Notes: generated from the letters alone by a model not told the origin. 63,671 nt of DNA, filler included, from Basidioascus undulatus (GCA_000826855.1; 17 parts of 17 records of this genome joined end to end with filler, not necessarily neighbours in it); one strand, 5' to 3'; counted from the first letter of the whole stretch, positions 12,253-28,547 are shown. A program made the numbers and translations.

Positions 12253-12660
12253 ATGGCCGATGAGGACTTTCTGAGCCGCGAGCGCGACATCCTCGGCGAG
12301 GACTTCGGCTCTGCGCCCGTGGGGGAGTCCCACTTTGACCCGGACGCAGCGGCATCGGCCTTCCCAGAGTGCGCTCTTCTCGTCTCAATGGCTACAGGAA
12401 GTCCTTATATTTCCTGTTCTAACAGCATCGATGGCCTCGGCGATGACGCCCGCTTCCCCGACATCTCTGGCTCCACCCCTGCCGCTCCCGCCGACGTCCC
12501 CGCCATCTCGCCCGGGCTCGACAACGGCGTCGCAACGCCTCCGAGCGCTGCCCCAGCGGCGGCGGACGACGTAGCGGCGTTCGAGAGTTCCTTCCCCGCT
12601 CTCGAAGAGCCCATCTCCCCTCCTGTGCAGCAGCAGGTGCGTCCCCATCCCCCATCCCCA
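12253..12660 (+). CDS. CLC1: Clathrin light chain, N-terminal part
   Basis: MADEDFLSRERDILGEDF followed by AASAFP and FESSFPAL motifs typical of fungal clathrin light chains. Confidence 0.8.
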
Positions 12661-13282
12661 NNNNNNNNNNNNNNNNNNNNNNNNNNNNNNNNNNNNNNNN
12701 NNNNTTAATTAATTAANNNNNNNNNNNNNNNNNNNNNNNNNNNNNNNNNNNNNNNNNNNNGAGGGGAGGGGGAGGGAGAAGAAAGAGACGGGGCGAGGAC
12801 GCGCGGAGGACGCGTTTCGGTGGGAGGTGGGTCTGCTGCGACAAACTACTGCCATGCGTTTCCGGTTTCATCTCAGCTTCCTGGGAAGATGTCGCAGTGT
12901 GAAGGGATGTGCGGAATGAGCTGCACGCTGCGATATCTTGTCCCCAGCGCTCGAGGAGACATGCATGACACTGCACTCCTGTCGGTTGTCTGACTGCGTT
13001 AGGCAACATTCGGCGTGTTATACCGGGCCATCGGTCCTCAGAAGTTGTAGACAGACCTTTTTATACCCCCATTCCAAAGGTTGAGAGGATACTTGGCTGA
13101 TGGATATATGCGACATAGGCAGCAGACGTGCAACTGCGGCAATACTGTCACTCCAGCTTCATTAAGCGTGTGATGTACCCACCCGTTACCCACCGCGCTG
13201 CTTCTAGAGTAGGGTCATTAAGCTATGCTTGGAGACCTTTATACTACAGGCTTGTTCAAAGTTCAACACCACTCTGCAACAA

Positions 13283-13711
13283 CTAGTCCTTGTTCTTTTC
13301 GTCTTGCTGCTCTTCATCCGAGGCCTGTCCCTGCTTCTCCTCATGCTTCTCCTTCTCCTTCTCTCCGCGCCCCTTCTCAGGCTTCTTGTGATTGTCTTCA
13401 ACACGATACGGGGTGATAGTGTTCCCGCTCTTCCAGTCCATATGTCCCTCGCTCCACTATCAAGTCCCAGCACCACCGCATGTCAGTTCGCGCTCCCACC
13501 GCGAAATAGAGCCAAAGCGCACCTGCACCTCCTTGAAGAGCGCCCCCGGTCCCACGGGTTGAGGGCCGAAAGCCCCCACAGGCGGCGGGCCTTGACGCCT
13601 GCTCAGCGAGCTCCGGCTCGACCACGGCCTGCTGTCTGAGTTGAGGCTGCGTGCGAGCGCGGAGGAAGCGGCGAGGGTGAAGGGGGGGAGGAGGATGGTG
13701 TAGAGGCGCAT
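13283..13711 (-). CDS. Small (120 aa) putative secreted protein, two exons
   Basis: Exons 13711-13523 and 13456-13283 join in frame across a GTGCGC...TAG intron. Signal-peptide-like MRLYTILLPPFTLAASSALA, a dibasic RR site and a K/E-rich tail. Confidence 0.6.
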
Positions 13712-14935
13712 GATGGGGTATACTAGCGGGTGGAGGAACTCTCCGTAGGGTAAGGTTGGGAAGTAGGGTCCACGTGATGAAAGGATAATCGGACTCTATC
13801 AGCGAGGAGCGAGAAGGTGAGAAGAAAGCGAGTCCTCCAGACTTTGGACATCCCATTAATACACAAACACCGTATCACAACAACACAGAAAGAAGCGTGC
13901 AACAGCCATCTCCAGCCACTCAGGTGCACCGCAGGCGGCTGTGACGATGAGGGAAGGCAGGGGCAGAGATGGCGTCGGCGGTTACAGTTGTTTGTTTTGA
14001 CGAACAGCCACGTTCAGCAAAAACCTAAAGAAAGCTGTAATCATGTCCCTTGCTGCGGACTTCCAGCGAGTTGGGTGGCAGGCTTTCTGCATATGACAGT
14101 CACAGACACGATGCACCCAAGCCACACGACTCGCAGCCAATTTCTGCACTCGCGCAAACACATTGCATTTGTAGCTGAAATGCGAACATATTCTAATATG
14201 TAGAGTATGAGGTGTTCAAATGCTGGGACGGTGTTTCCAAGAGTAACTCGATAGGAAAGGTTTTCGATGCCGTCAGTGCTGCCAGGCTCTACGGTGAAAT
14301 GAAGCTGTGCGCTGTGGTTGACGAAACTCTCAACCTCTTAACCTGCTGAGTCCGGCGCGCTTCATACGCCCGATGTTCGGCAGCTAGGGCGGTTCATACC
14401 TAGAAAGGTCACTGCAATGCCAGAGGGACAAATCCTAATTCGCGAGGGTCGGCGCTTCCAACGTCCCACTCGTTCTTCTGGCATCTGCGTTTGTTCACTT
14501 CATTTTGAAAACGTCTTCCAGAAACAACGTTATCCAGCGTCGCGCAACGAAACTCTTGCGTATGGCGGTCTTTCCAACCCTCACTGAAATCATCTTGATT
14601 GCGATGTCGCGACCGTGACACGATCGCAGAAGTTTACAAGCCCCCAACGCCTCTCGCATGCGCATAACAAACCAAGTTTCAAGTGTTGGATCTACAAACA
14701 CAATTTCATCAAGGACATTAAAATGCACACCACAATCAATCAACAAGGGAAGGGAAGAGTATGAGACCGCGCAATGAGTGAGAAACATGGTATAGGATAC
14801 TGCGTGGCGAGGACGGCGAAGTGTCAGCTCTCGCCACGAGGATTCCCGAGAACATGGGCGAGAGAGGGTAATAAAGGGGTGACGGGGAAGGGGAACAACA
14901 ACGCACCTGTCACTCTGCTTCCATAGCCGCCGCCC

Positions 14936-15206
14936 TTAGAAGAAGAGGTACGCTGCGAGCTCACATCGCGTCAGACTGCGTTCCGCCAACCCCAAAAAGC
15001 GAAGAAACGCACTGATAATGAACACGCCGAGCGCAATGCCCGCGACGACCTGGAGGGGGACGCCGACCTCGGCCGGGTTCTCCGCCAGGGCCGTCGCGAC
15101 GCCCGGCCCGTCCTTCTTCTCTCCGCCGGCGCCCACGTTGCGCTGCCTCAGGCCGCTGCCCGCCTGCGCCTCGGCAAGTGCCCTCTTCAGGCGCTCGATC
15201 TCGGCC
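14936..15206 (-). CDS. SCS2: VAP/Scs2-family ER tail-anchored protein, C-terminus
   Basis: Coiled coil, GLRQR, then GVPLQVVAGIALGVFII|TYLFF* after removing a GTGCGT...CAG intron. Confidence 0.75.
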
Positions 15207-15306
15207 NNNNNNNNNNNNNNNNNNNNNNNNNNNNNNNNNNNNNNNNNNNNTTAATTAATTAANNNNNNNNNNNNNNNNNNNNNNNNNNNNNNNNNNNNNN
15301 NNNNNN

Positions 15307-16802
15307 GTGGGTTGGGTTGGGGTCAGTTTCAGAGTCGTTTGAGCGGGGAGTGGGAGAGGAGAGGGAGCGGGAAGGGCGCGAGAGAAAGGGAAGGCAACGC
15401 TCACCGAGCTTGCTCAGCGCCCCCAACAAGAAGAAATCAACGTCAGTAAGGAGGCGCGCCCCCGGTATGAGCGCGCCCCTCGCGCGCTCGGTCCGCAGGC
15501 GGGTGAGGAGGTTCTTTAGCTGCGGGTGGGGGTGAGCGTCAGCACATCAGCACAGTGGAAATAAGGACAAGAGGGAAAGAGAGGCAAGGGGGCAAGGAGG
15601 AAGGGGAGGTAGGCGGAAGAAGGGGGGAGAGATGGGAGGAGAGAGCGGGAGGAGTGAGGAGCAGGAGGTGGGAGGTGGAGAGGTGGAAGGCGGAGGAAAA
15701 GTGTGGTGTGGAGGAAGGAAGGAGTGAAGGAGCGGGAGGTGGACGGAGGAGGAGAGAGGCAGGGTGGGGCCAAAAGAGGGAGGACAAGACAGACTTGTTC
15801 GAATACCTGCGTTGGTGGACGGGTGAGCGAGGGCGGGATGGCATGAGGGGAATTGGGGAGGAGGGAACGCACAGAGTAGGAGATGACTGGGTTCCCGACC
15901 AGCAGCAGGGAGGGCAGGAGCCCCCTCCAGAGTGCAAGGGGGCCGTCTTCCTTAATCTGCGTATATCCGGCCGTTCCACATCCCGCCTCAGCAACCAAAG
16001 TCTGTCTCTGGATCAAGGATCGGGGCATCGAAGGGTCACTCGAAAAACGCACAATATGCCCCAGAGTCTGCAGCGCGCCCATCTTCCTCGGCCTCCCATC
16101 CGCTCCTCCCTTCTCCTTCTCGTCCGAAGTGGAGCAAGGCAAGACAGCGGATACGCTCTGCCGGACATTGACGACCCAGATCGGCGTGCTGGCCACCGTC
16201 GTGGCAGTCCCCGCCAGCAGGCTCGCAAGCATCGACTCCCCCGTTGTGAGGCCGCGGAGCGTCCCGCCCCGGCGGCGGAGGATGATGTGACGGGTCTCTT
16301 CGAAGAACTACCCCCTCGCCTTCCCGTGTGAGTTTCCAGGTGGAGGAGTGCAATTATGGGATGATGGGGGAGTGGGATAGTGGGGAAAGAAGGGAGAGGC
16401 GCACCCCGTAAAAGACAGCATTCGTCACCGCGATCCCGAACACCGCGCTCCCCAGCCCGTCGTACAAGCTCGTCCCCTCGCGCGCAAGGACTTTCCACAG
16501 CGCAAGCGCGGGGGGCTTGCTCTCCTCCTCGGAGGTGTGCGAGCCGGGCGGGTGCCGCTTCGTCTCGACTGCTGCGCGCGTCGAGAGCGTCACGAGCGGG
16601 TAGACTGTGGCCATTGCTGCGTCGAGGAGGGGAGGGGGTGTCAGAGTGCGGCGGGTGGGAAGGTGCATGGGAGGAGGGGGGAGGGTAGAGTGTAGGAGGC
16701 AGGGGAGGAGGGGATGGGGGACAGAGACGGACAGAGACCGCCTCCCAGCGCGCCGGCGAGGGCGTTGAGGAGCGAGTCGGACTGGGCGGCGGGGGCGGAC
16801 AT
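15307..16802 (-). CDS. Peroxisomal solute carrier of the mitochondrial carrier family (PMP47/PMP34-like), 3'-truncated
   Basis: MSAPAAQSDSLLNALAGALGG...YPLVTLSTRAAVE, TPIWVVNVRQ, LWRGLLPSLLLVGNPVISY, DFFLLGALSKL. Confidence 0.85.
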
Positions 16803-17101
16803 GCTGCGTGGGGTTCTTTGGATAGCAACAAGTCCAACTAGAGGGTTAAAGATTGAACGAGGTGGTGGTGGTTTGGAGGGAGAACACTGCGCAGGGTGAC
16901 AGGGGCGGGGATCCGGCTGTGGGTTGCCGACTACACCCGGGCCCCTGTCCGCGGTTGCTCTGCGGATGGGGCAAGACCCTGAGGAGTAGGGAATACAGTA
17001 CGTGAATGGGAGGGTGACACGCTCATCTCTCGTCTCAAGCACCTCCTCCAATCGATCCGCAATCCGCACATTCGCATTTACAGAGAAGAAAGCACACCGC
17101 G

Positions 17102-17752
17102 ATGGACCCGACCCTCCTCGCAGCATCCGTCACTGACGACCCTCCCGCCGCCGCTGTGCCTGCTGCCCAAGCGCACGCCGACGCACCCGCTCCCGCACCT
17201 GCATCGGCGCCCACACCCGCTCCCACGTCCTCCTCCGCCGCCCCCGCCGCGTCCGAGGAGGCGAAGCCATCCACGTCCACTGCGGCGCCTGCAGGCGCCC
17301 CGGAGGCAGCCAAAGCGCACGCGGTAGCGGAGCTCGAGGCGGAGGTGCGTCCCGCGGCGTGTGTGGGTGGGATGGGGTGGTGACGGGGGCTGATTGGGAT
17401 GGGGGCGATAGGTCCAGCAGGTCCTCACGTCCGTTTCGTCCTGGTGGGGCGGGTTCCGCAAACAGGTGTTTCTCCTCTCTCCTCCTTCCTCTTTCCCCTC
17501 GCTCGATTCGAGAGGCTAACTCGGACGGGGGGACGGACGGGAAGTCCCAATCCGCGCTCGAAGCCTCTCAGCGCCAGCTGGCGAACTACGCGCAGACGGC
17601 GAAGAAGGACCTGGATGCTGTGGCGGTGAAGGCGCAGGCTGAGATCACGCGTCTCTCCGCCGCTCCCACTGACAAAGGCAAATCCCGCGCGACCGAGGGC
17701 GAAGACTCCGACTCCCCCACTCCCCAGCCCCAACATTCATCCTCTCGCTCGG
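17102..17752 (+). CDS. Probable BSD-domain (Dos2-like) protein, N-terminal part; divergent from the carrier gene
   Basis: ELEAE|VQQVLTSVSSWWGGFRKQ|SQSALEA resembles the N-terminus of basidiomycete BSD proteins; the BSD domain itself is not in the contig. Confidence 0.55.
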
Positions 17753-19122
17753 NNNNNNNNNNNNNNNNNNNNNNNNNNNNNNNNNNNNNNNNNNNNTTAA
17801 TTAATTAANNNNNNNNNNNNNNNNNNNNNNNNNNNNNNNNNNNNNNNNNNNNATCCCTACATAGTCTATTCTTCTCCTGCTGGTGCAAAGCTTTCGCCCA
17901 CGTGGTTTTGGTGCTGGCCTGGCCCCTTCCCGCCTGTATCCCCTGCTGTTGCCCACTAGCGGCCCTTCTCGCTCCTGTACTCTACCCCTCCTGTTGCCCA
18001 TTAGCGGTGTCGCATGCAGAGCTCTTAACGCCTAAACACCATCTTCCCCCTCATCCTCCTCCCCTCCCTACACTTGACCCATTCTCTCTGACCTTTCCCT
18101 TCGCTTCCTCTTCCACACCCTCCCCTCCCTTGGTCCCCCACTCATCATGGCCCCCTGCCCAGCACCACACCCACCCCAAACATGTGCAGGCATCCGTACA
18201 GACGACGGGCATGGCAGAGGGCATCTTCCAGCAGCACCGCACAGAACTGGGTTGCAACACTTGCGGGTGCGTGGGCACCCTGAACCGTCGTCGGCTAATG
18301 GCACATATCGCTTCCAGTGCACCTACCATCAGCGGGGAACCAAGGCCAAGTGTGGTAAGCTATGCTCGGCAAGCTTTGGACACCTTCACCAGCCTTCACC
18401 GCGTGGAAGTGCTAGCAGGGCCCGCAACCCCTGCGCTTGCGGTCCTGCCGATGCCTTTTGTGACTCGTTGGCTCAATCGTGCAACACAGATAGGGGATCA
18501 AGAGTAAGAATGAATTTTCTAAAGCATGCGAAGAGTAAAAATGATGTTCAACTTCAGATAAGTTACTTCGAAACACCTTGAGCTAGCCACTACAGTGTGC
18601 CAGATCTCAGATTGCCAGCAGAAGGTCCAGTAGCATCGTGACCACACCTTCCTCCGCCGAGGGAGAATCACTGAGTGAACTATAGTGGTCCGCCGTATCA
18701 GACGCGTCAGCTATGTGCTGGAGGACCGAAGGCGGCCGCCCTGCTCGTCCTTCGAAAGGGTGAATATTTTCATGGAGACGAAGTTCCTGTGCGGTCCGTG
18801 TTTCCCGTGGAGGATGAATGAATCTCTCCATTGGGACGCCGACAGCCCACCAGCCGACAACAACTATTCAGAGCTGCATGGCCGCCATGGATAGCGGCAA
18901 TGCGGAGGGAGTAAGCCGAGTGTTCTCATTCGCCAGCCAATAGGGAGCAGTCGGGTCGGGAATCCACGGATGGGCGGCCCAGCGCCGGCGAGAGGAAGAA
19001 GGCGCCCCCGGGCCTGGCGCGATCGCGGACCTCCTCGACTCTCTTGCCCTCCTCCCCATCGCTGCCCGCTTCCTCGACGCCCTTGACGGCCTAGTAACAG
19101 GCGAGTGCCGCACTCTTCCACA

Positions 19123-22140
<3,018 letters not shown>

Positions 22141-23078
22141 GCGGGTCGCCGTTGAGGGGGTGTTGTGATGAGGGACGCTTGGATGAAGCGTGCACATGGG
22201 TTTCTATCATTTTCTTTTGACTTCTTCTGGCACACTGCCGTGTACAATGAAAACAAAATGAGCCTGATCATATGCTTGCTGGCGTGTGTGTTGAACAACT
22301 TGGTCTTGTCGAGCGCCGGGGGCGTCACCGAAGACGTTTTGTGCAAGGGAGGTGTAGACGTCAAGAGCGACCGCTTGGAGCGAGGTTGTGCTGCTGAAGT
22401 CGCAGCACATATTGGGGTCGGAGCTGTCAGACAATGAAGAAGATCGGCATTACCTATGGAGAGGCTGTTTGCACTGAGCCGGTGCGAATTCTGCGAACGT
22501 GTACACCGAGTTGCACGGAGATCATGCGTTTATCCAGTGTTTGGTTGCTGTAACCGCCGCCTTCAGTGCTTGCATGGTCACGTTTCTATCGTATCCACCC
22601 TGCGCTGTGGGCAAGATTCATTCCTAGCTGGGCACGGCCGCAACGACTTGCATGAACCGACCGTCGATTGCGAGTCGAGGCAGTTTTGAAGACCCTTCCT
22701 CTGTGATAACGATCGGATTCACATTAAGAAAAGGCTTCTTGATCTATCGTAACAGCCTTCGAGCATCTGCAGGAGGGACTGGCAAATGCACGGTGCACAC
22801 GGCTTATGGCAGACTTACCTCAGCACTGCATGCATAAGACGCTCTCAGGCTGTATGGCCCCGAACCCCTGCCTCGTACTTCCTTTTGTGCTGAGGTACAC
22901 ACGGTAAGCAGGTCTCCTTCGCTCTTTTGTGATAAGGTAAGGGTAACTTGCAGGGTATATCTGCAGCGGCTCGCCTTTGTGCCCATGCTTCGTCCTTCAA
23001 CTTCACCCCACCTCTGCGACCTCCCCAATCTCCCTTCATCAGGAGCACACCCTCATTGTTTCGGACAAGCTCGGCAGA

Positions 23079-23498
23079 ATGCACACTGTCTCTACCATTT
23101 CACAAAACACCCTGTTCATCATCTTCGTTCTCTTGCTCGCCCTTCCGCACGTCACCATGAGCGCCCCGATCCCATTACCCGGTCTCCTCGCTGTGGAAGA
23201 CATGCTGCGCAGGGCAATGAGCTTCAAGACCGGGTTGATGAGTGGGGGAATCGTGAGTCCTGAGAGTCTGTTTTGGTTAGTGATGGGCTGTTCACGACTG
23301 CTTGTCGTCGTCAGACCTGCACCGGCTGCAGCTGATGTTGCAACGGTCGGGCACGCCGCGGACACGGAGTGGATGGTTCACGAGGGAGGTCAGACTAGCG
23401 TTGCCATGACCAACCACAAAAAGGAGAAGCAGTTGATTCTTGTAGATTCCTTGGGACATTCTTTTCTGAGCCTCAGTCAATCTTGGGATGATGAATGA
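23079..23498 (+). CDS. Small putative secreted protein
   Basis: Hydrophobic leader TLFIIFVLLLALPHVTMSA-PIP and an RR site; possible GTGAGT...CAG intron. Confidence 0.4.
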   Translation: MHTVSTISQNTLFIIFVLLLALPHVTMSAPIPLPGLLAVEDMLRRAMSFKTGLMSGGIVSPESLFWLVMGCSRLLVVVRPAPAAADVATVGHAADTEWMVHEGGQTSVAMTNHKKEKQLILVDSLGHSFLSLSQSWDDE

Positions 23499-24112
23499 TG
23501 AGATTGAACGGGCTCGATGGCCACGTCGGTCCCATGTACGGCTGCCGATATGAACAATAATTGTTGTGCAATAATTAATGGAGCAGCATTCAAAAGACTT
23601 GGTAGGATCTTCGTCTCTACCTATGACTCACGCGGACAACTGGGCACATGAAGGGAAGGAGAAGGGGCGAGCAAAGAGGCAAACACCTATATGTCCATTC
23701 TTCCATTTGTTCTGCTCTAATAAATAATGAGATTGACTACGCCGCGCCCAAGGTGCTTAGAGGGTTTCCGGTTTAGGATGATGGCGGGCGAGGAGGCGGG
23801 TCAGGCCAACTGCAAGTGACTGTAAGGTTACGTTGCGTTGTGCATCATAAAACACATCGCCCAAAATAGTTCCATGCTGACCATCCTCAAATGCACGCAA
23901 AGAAAAGAGACGTACTTGCAGTGGCGGCCGAGGGCGTCGGGCGTCGTGGTCATTGGATTCGAGACGAGGAGGCCGACCCGACGTCATTTGAGGACGGCCG
24001 CCTCGATCTCATGCTCCGCTCGTTCAGCGCGAACTGCCTCCTTCTCCCTCCTTGCCCTCTCATCTTACCTGTCTCGGTAGACTTACCTCCTTCCTTCAAC
24101 CTCCGGAATAGA

Positions 24113-25915
24113 ATGTCCTCAAAACAACCGACATCCCGTCCTCGCTCGACGGCACTCGTGCCCGACTTCTCCTTGGCTGATTACAGCACGTCTGAGTCTT
24201 CTTATCGCTCGGTTCATGTTGCTGACATTGTACAACTCGGCAGGCCGTTTCTTCGCCGCTGGAGCGCTTTGCTGCACTCTCACCCATGGAGGCATGACTG
24301 TGAGCTTCCCCATCAGGTTTATTCTCTGATCCCGTACGCCGGGAGCTGATGGTAGGGCTGCTCCACACATAGCCTGTGGACGTCGTCAAGACTCGCGTAC
24401 AGATCGACCCGGCGCTCAGGGGTCAATCACTTTTGAAGGCGGGTCGTCAGATTGTGGCGAAGGAGGGCGCCCCCGCGCTGCTCACTGGGTTTGGTCCAAC
24501 TGCCGTCGGATACCTTGTGCAAGGCGGTATGTGCGATAGCTGTATATTTCCTGTGAAAGACATCTTACATGCACCGCACAGGATTGAAGTTCTCGGTATG
24601 TTGTTTTCAATCAAGGCTTGCCCTCAGCCAGGCAGTTCCCTGATCGTAATGCTATGGCTGTAGCTTTACGAGTGTGAGTCTTAACCTCGCAACTTTCGGA
24701 ATGCTGTAGTCCAATCGAGGCTCACGATACCTGTTCCTGGCGACGCAGTCTGGAAGCGTAAGCTTGTGCAACTCGCTGGCAGCCACGAGGAGGCTGTCAA
24801 GCATCGCACGGCGATCTACCTCGTTGGCGCCTCCCTCGCCGAGTTCATTGCGGACATCGCACTTACGCCCCTGGAGGCGACCCGGTAGGTCATGCCCGTT
24901 TTTCCGACCTGACAGTCCGCCGCTCATTCTGCGGGCGACGGTGAATGCAGCATCCGACTCGTAAGCGACCCCAAGTACGCGTCAGGCCTCGCAAGCGGCT
25001 TCACCCGCCTTGCGTCGGAGGGCGGCCTTCGCGAGTTGTACGCTGGCTTTGTCCCAATCTTGGCAAAGCAGGTGCGTTTGGCGAGTCTGGAATCAACGGA
25101 GCATTCGGACTGAACGCGGCTCTGCTCGTTCTTGCCAGGTCCCTTACGCCATCGGTCAATTCTGGACGAACGGTTCGTCTACCCTCAGCATTGCCCATGA
25201 AGGGCATACAAACTAACTTTTATCCGTCGTGCGTTCCAGAGAAGATGCACGAGATTGTGAACCGCAGCCTCTCTCCGGAAACGCGCAAGAACATCTCCAA
25301 GCCGTCTGAACTCGGCATCACCCTCGGATGCGGTATGGTTGCTGGCGTCGCGGCCGCCGTCCTCTCTCACGTAAGACTCCTATAACTCTGGGAACCATGG
25401 CAAGAACTTTACTGATTTTGTATCGGCGCGAACTCTCTACGTCTGCAATCGTTGTTTGATGCCAGCCTGCCGATACCCTACTGTCCAAGATCAACAAGGG
25501 CGGGGGTGACACTTCGCTCTCGGCTTCTAAGCGTCTTGTTCAGCTCGCGCGCGAGGCTGGACCGCGCGGGCTCTTCGTCGGTCTCGGGCCCAGGTGCGTC
25601 TGCGGCTCTTGCCTACACCTCTCCCCTCGGTAGCCGACAACTGACCCAGTCACCATGGACCCTTAGGATCTGGATGACGGTAGGCCTTGTGAGCGGCAAG
25701 TCGAGCTTTGTTAGGATCTCTTCAAGAGAGACGCGCTGACGTTACGCCGTTCACACACTTGCAGGTCAATTCCTCCTGTACAAGTCCATCAAGGATGGTG
25801 CGTGTGCTTGGCTGTCTCTCGGCCCCGATCTGCGTATCACATGCTCAATGACCTCTGACTCTACACAGCTCTCGGGGCGCCGGACGGGGTGGAGATCCAC
25901 GGCGACGGAGAGTAG
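24113..25915 (+). CDS. MIR1: Mitochondrial phosphate carrier (Mir1/Pic2 family)
   Basis: FFAAGALCCTLTHGGMT|PVDVVKTRVQ, LTGFGPTAVGYLVQG, AEFIADIALTPLEATR, YAGFVPILAKQ|VPY, PADTLLSKINK. Confidence 0.92.
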
Positions 25916-26495
25916 GACGGAGAACGAGGACGATTCCGTATACCCCGCTGTGCTGTTGATCGCTTTGCTTTTATAGATTCACACTTCAGGAGGTTTGAAA
26001 TGCGTGCTCTGATAGGAAGAAAGTACTGTGGCTTGATACGATGTTAAGCTTTCAGGGAGCGGCATAATAGCACGGGGGCTTGAGGACTCGCCGTTGGTCC
26101 TGTCGCCCGGACTGCAGCACTTGCCAGTTTCATAGCGGGGGTCCTCAACTGGATTTTCTCCCAAAACGACCAGGCAAAGGTGTGATGAAACTGGTGGATC
26201 TGACCCACGCCTGGCAGAGAATGCAGGCGGAAACATTCCGCTGTCAAGTGCTCAAGCGCGGGCAACCGCGCACGCTTTTGAATGCTCATGTCCGGACGTC
26301 ACACGATTGTACGGCCGTGGCCATTAATAAGGTATACATCTGTAGGTTCTCGCTTGACGCCGCCTCGTTTGCAGTCCTCATTGGCCGCACGTGACTGCGA
26401 GAGATAAGGATGAGATCGTGAAATGATCTGCTGTTGCTTTTTGGCCTGGCCGTTGCTGCTTGCCCTCTTCGCGTCATCATCATCGTCCTCCAGAC

Positions 26496-28547
26496 ATGCT
26501 GAACCGCGTCCGGCGCTTCGAGCGCCCGCGACTGACCATCCTCGGCCGCTCGGCCGCCCTCATCGCAGCCGAGCTCCTCGCGAACGTGGCGTGCTGGGTC
26601 GCGGCGGGCGTTTTGTTTGGGAGAGACAAGGAGCGGAGAGGGATTCTTTCGCTGGCGCTTGTAGCTTGGGTGAGTCGAAATATCCCATGTCTGATGCAGT
26701 ATAAGTGCTTAAACTCCATACCGGTACGTCAGACCTTGGGACTGCGACATGGTACGTTTCCCGAACGCGTTTTGCTGGTGCGCTTGCTGAAGATGCGCGC
26801 GTCGTTCGCGGTCCCACGCACGCAGGCCTCGACAGCGACCACATTTCGGTGAGTGTTCATTGAAATGTTCAGGGGTATGGAGATTATTCTCAACATAGTC
26901 ATTACAGGCTATCGACAACGCGACGCGGTCGCTGATTTCATTGGGTCAACTCCCAGGTTCGTCTTCGTTTCGTTGCGTCGACGTAACATTGTTACCTTAC
27001 GTGGAGCTAACCGTACCCCTGAGCAGTCACCTGCGGTTTATTCTTCAGCTTGGGTCACAGCACGATCGTGTTGGTGGTGGTACTGACTTTCAGGCTTGCG
27101 CGCTTCGCGGAGAATTTCGGAAGCTCATCTCCGGCCCTTCTAGACGGTCGCAATCGCCATTAGCACGGACGTGTACAAGCATTTGGGAGGTGTGGGCGAG
27201 GTTGGTGGCATTATCGGTGAGTTCTGATGTTTTGAACGCATCATGCATCTGACAGCCCGCTGCGAAGGCGCCGCCATCTCGTCCTCGTTCCTGTTCATCC
27301 TCGGCGTCAGCAATTCCATCATGCTCCATCGGTCAATCCGAGCGCGGCGAAAAGTGCGGGTATATTTTTGGAGGTGCTGTGGGCGCTCTGACATTGATGC
27401 TCTTGAGCAGATACCAGCCGAACAGAAGCGCTCGGTGGCGACGGGGTACGGCGCGGCCACGCCGCAGGACGCAACCGAACCGAAGGACAACACGCCTCCA
27501 GCGCCTACTTTGCTGATGAAGATTATCGGTCCACTTCTTCGCTTCGTTGACCGTCCCTGGAAGATGTATCCTGTGGGCATTCTGTTTGGCTTCGGTCTGT
27601 GCTTTTGTCGCGCTGTTCCACGACTGGGTCCTCTTACATATCTGCTTGGTACAGGTTTCGACACCGCCTCCTCGATCGCGCTCCTCGGAATCTCTGCCAT
27701 TGCTGCTCGCGATTCGAAAGGTCACGGCATTTATCCCGCCGAGATCCTCGTTCTCCCTCTGCTCTTCACATCGGGCATGTCGTTCGTCGACAGCGCCGAC
27801 TCGATCCTCATGCTTTACGCGTACGCCGAGCCGAGCACGCGAAGTGAGCAGGGTCGTATAGCACTTTTTCGACCAAAGCGCGGCGATAACCTCGCGCCAG
27901 TCGAGGAGGCGGCGAGCGCGGAGATCGCAGTCGGGGCAGCCGAGCCACTCAGTGATAGGATGTCGGTGGATAGCAAGGACGCGGATGTAGCGGTAGCGCC
28001 CGCGGAACCTCAAGGGAGCGCAACGGTTGAGGAAGGCGACGCAGAGAGGAAGAAGAAGGTCTTGACGCCTATGACAACTTCGAACCTCTCGATCGTTCTC
28101 ACCCTGATCAGCATCGTCGTGGCGCTCGCGTGCGTCTCAATGTCACCATGGGCCGGCCGGGTTACGTTGCTGATGAACTGATGGTGGCCCAGCATATCCG
28201 TCATTCAAATTATGGGCTTGATTGGCGAGAATTGCGCCCGCTGCACGCGAGCTGCGGAGGCGGAGGAAGGCGGAGGCCTCGAGGGATCGTGGTGGCGCTT
28301 CTGGGTAGCGGTATGTGGCCTTTCATATCCATGGTTAAGGCTTAGCTGACAGTTGTGCGCCACAGGCCAACGACAACAGCGGGTAGGTAGTATCTGCTCA
28401 ATGGCCCATCCCGCTGCTTGGTTCTAACTCGACTCCTGCCGCAGGTCCATCGGGGCAGCAATTGTTGGGCTTTTTGTGGTCATTCTCGCCGTCTATTACG
28501 GCTTCCGCAAAATGCGGCAGTCAAGACGTTCGCCTGTTCTTCTCTAG
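26496..28547 (+). CDS. NIC1: High-affinity nickel/cobalt permease (NiCoT, Nic1-like)
   Basis: Spliced signatures GLRHGLDSDHISAIDN, FFSLGHSTIV, DRPWKMYPVGILFGF|GFDTASSIALL and LFTSGMSFVDSADSILM. Confidence 0.92.

Noticed and set aside
17853..19100. Short ORFs upstream of SDH1
   Set aside because: No recognisable motifs or consistent splice structure; a gene call cannot be supported.
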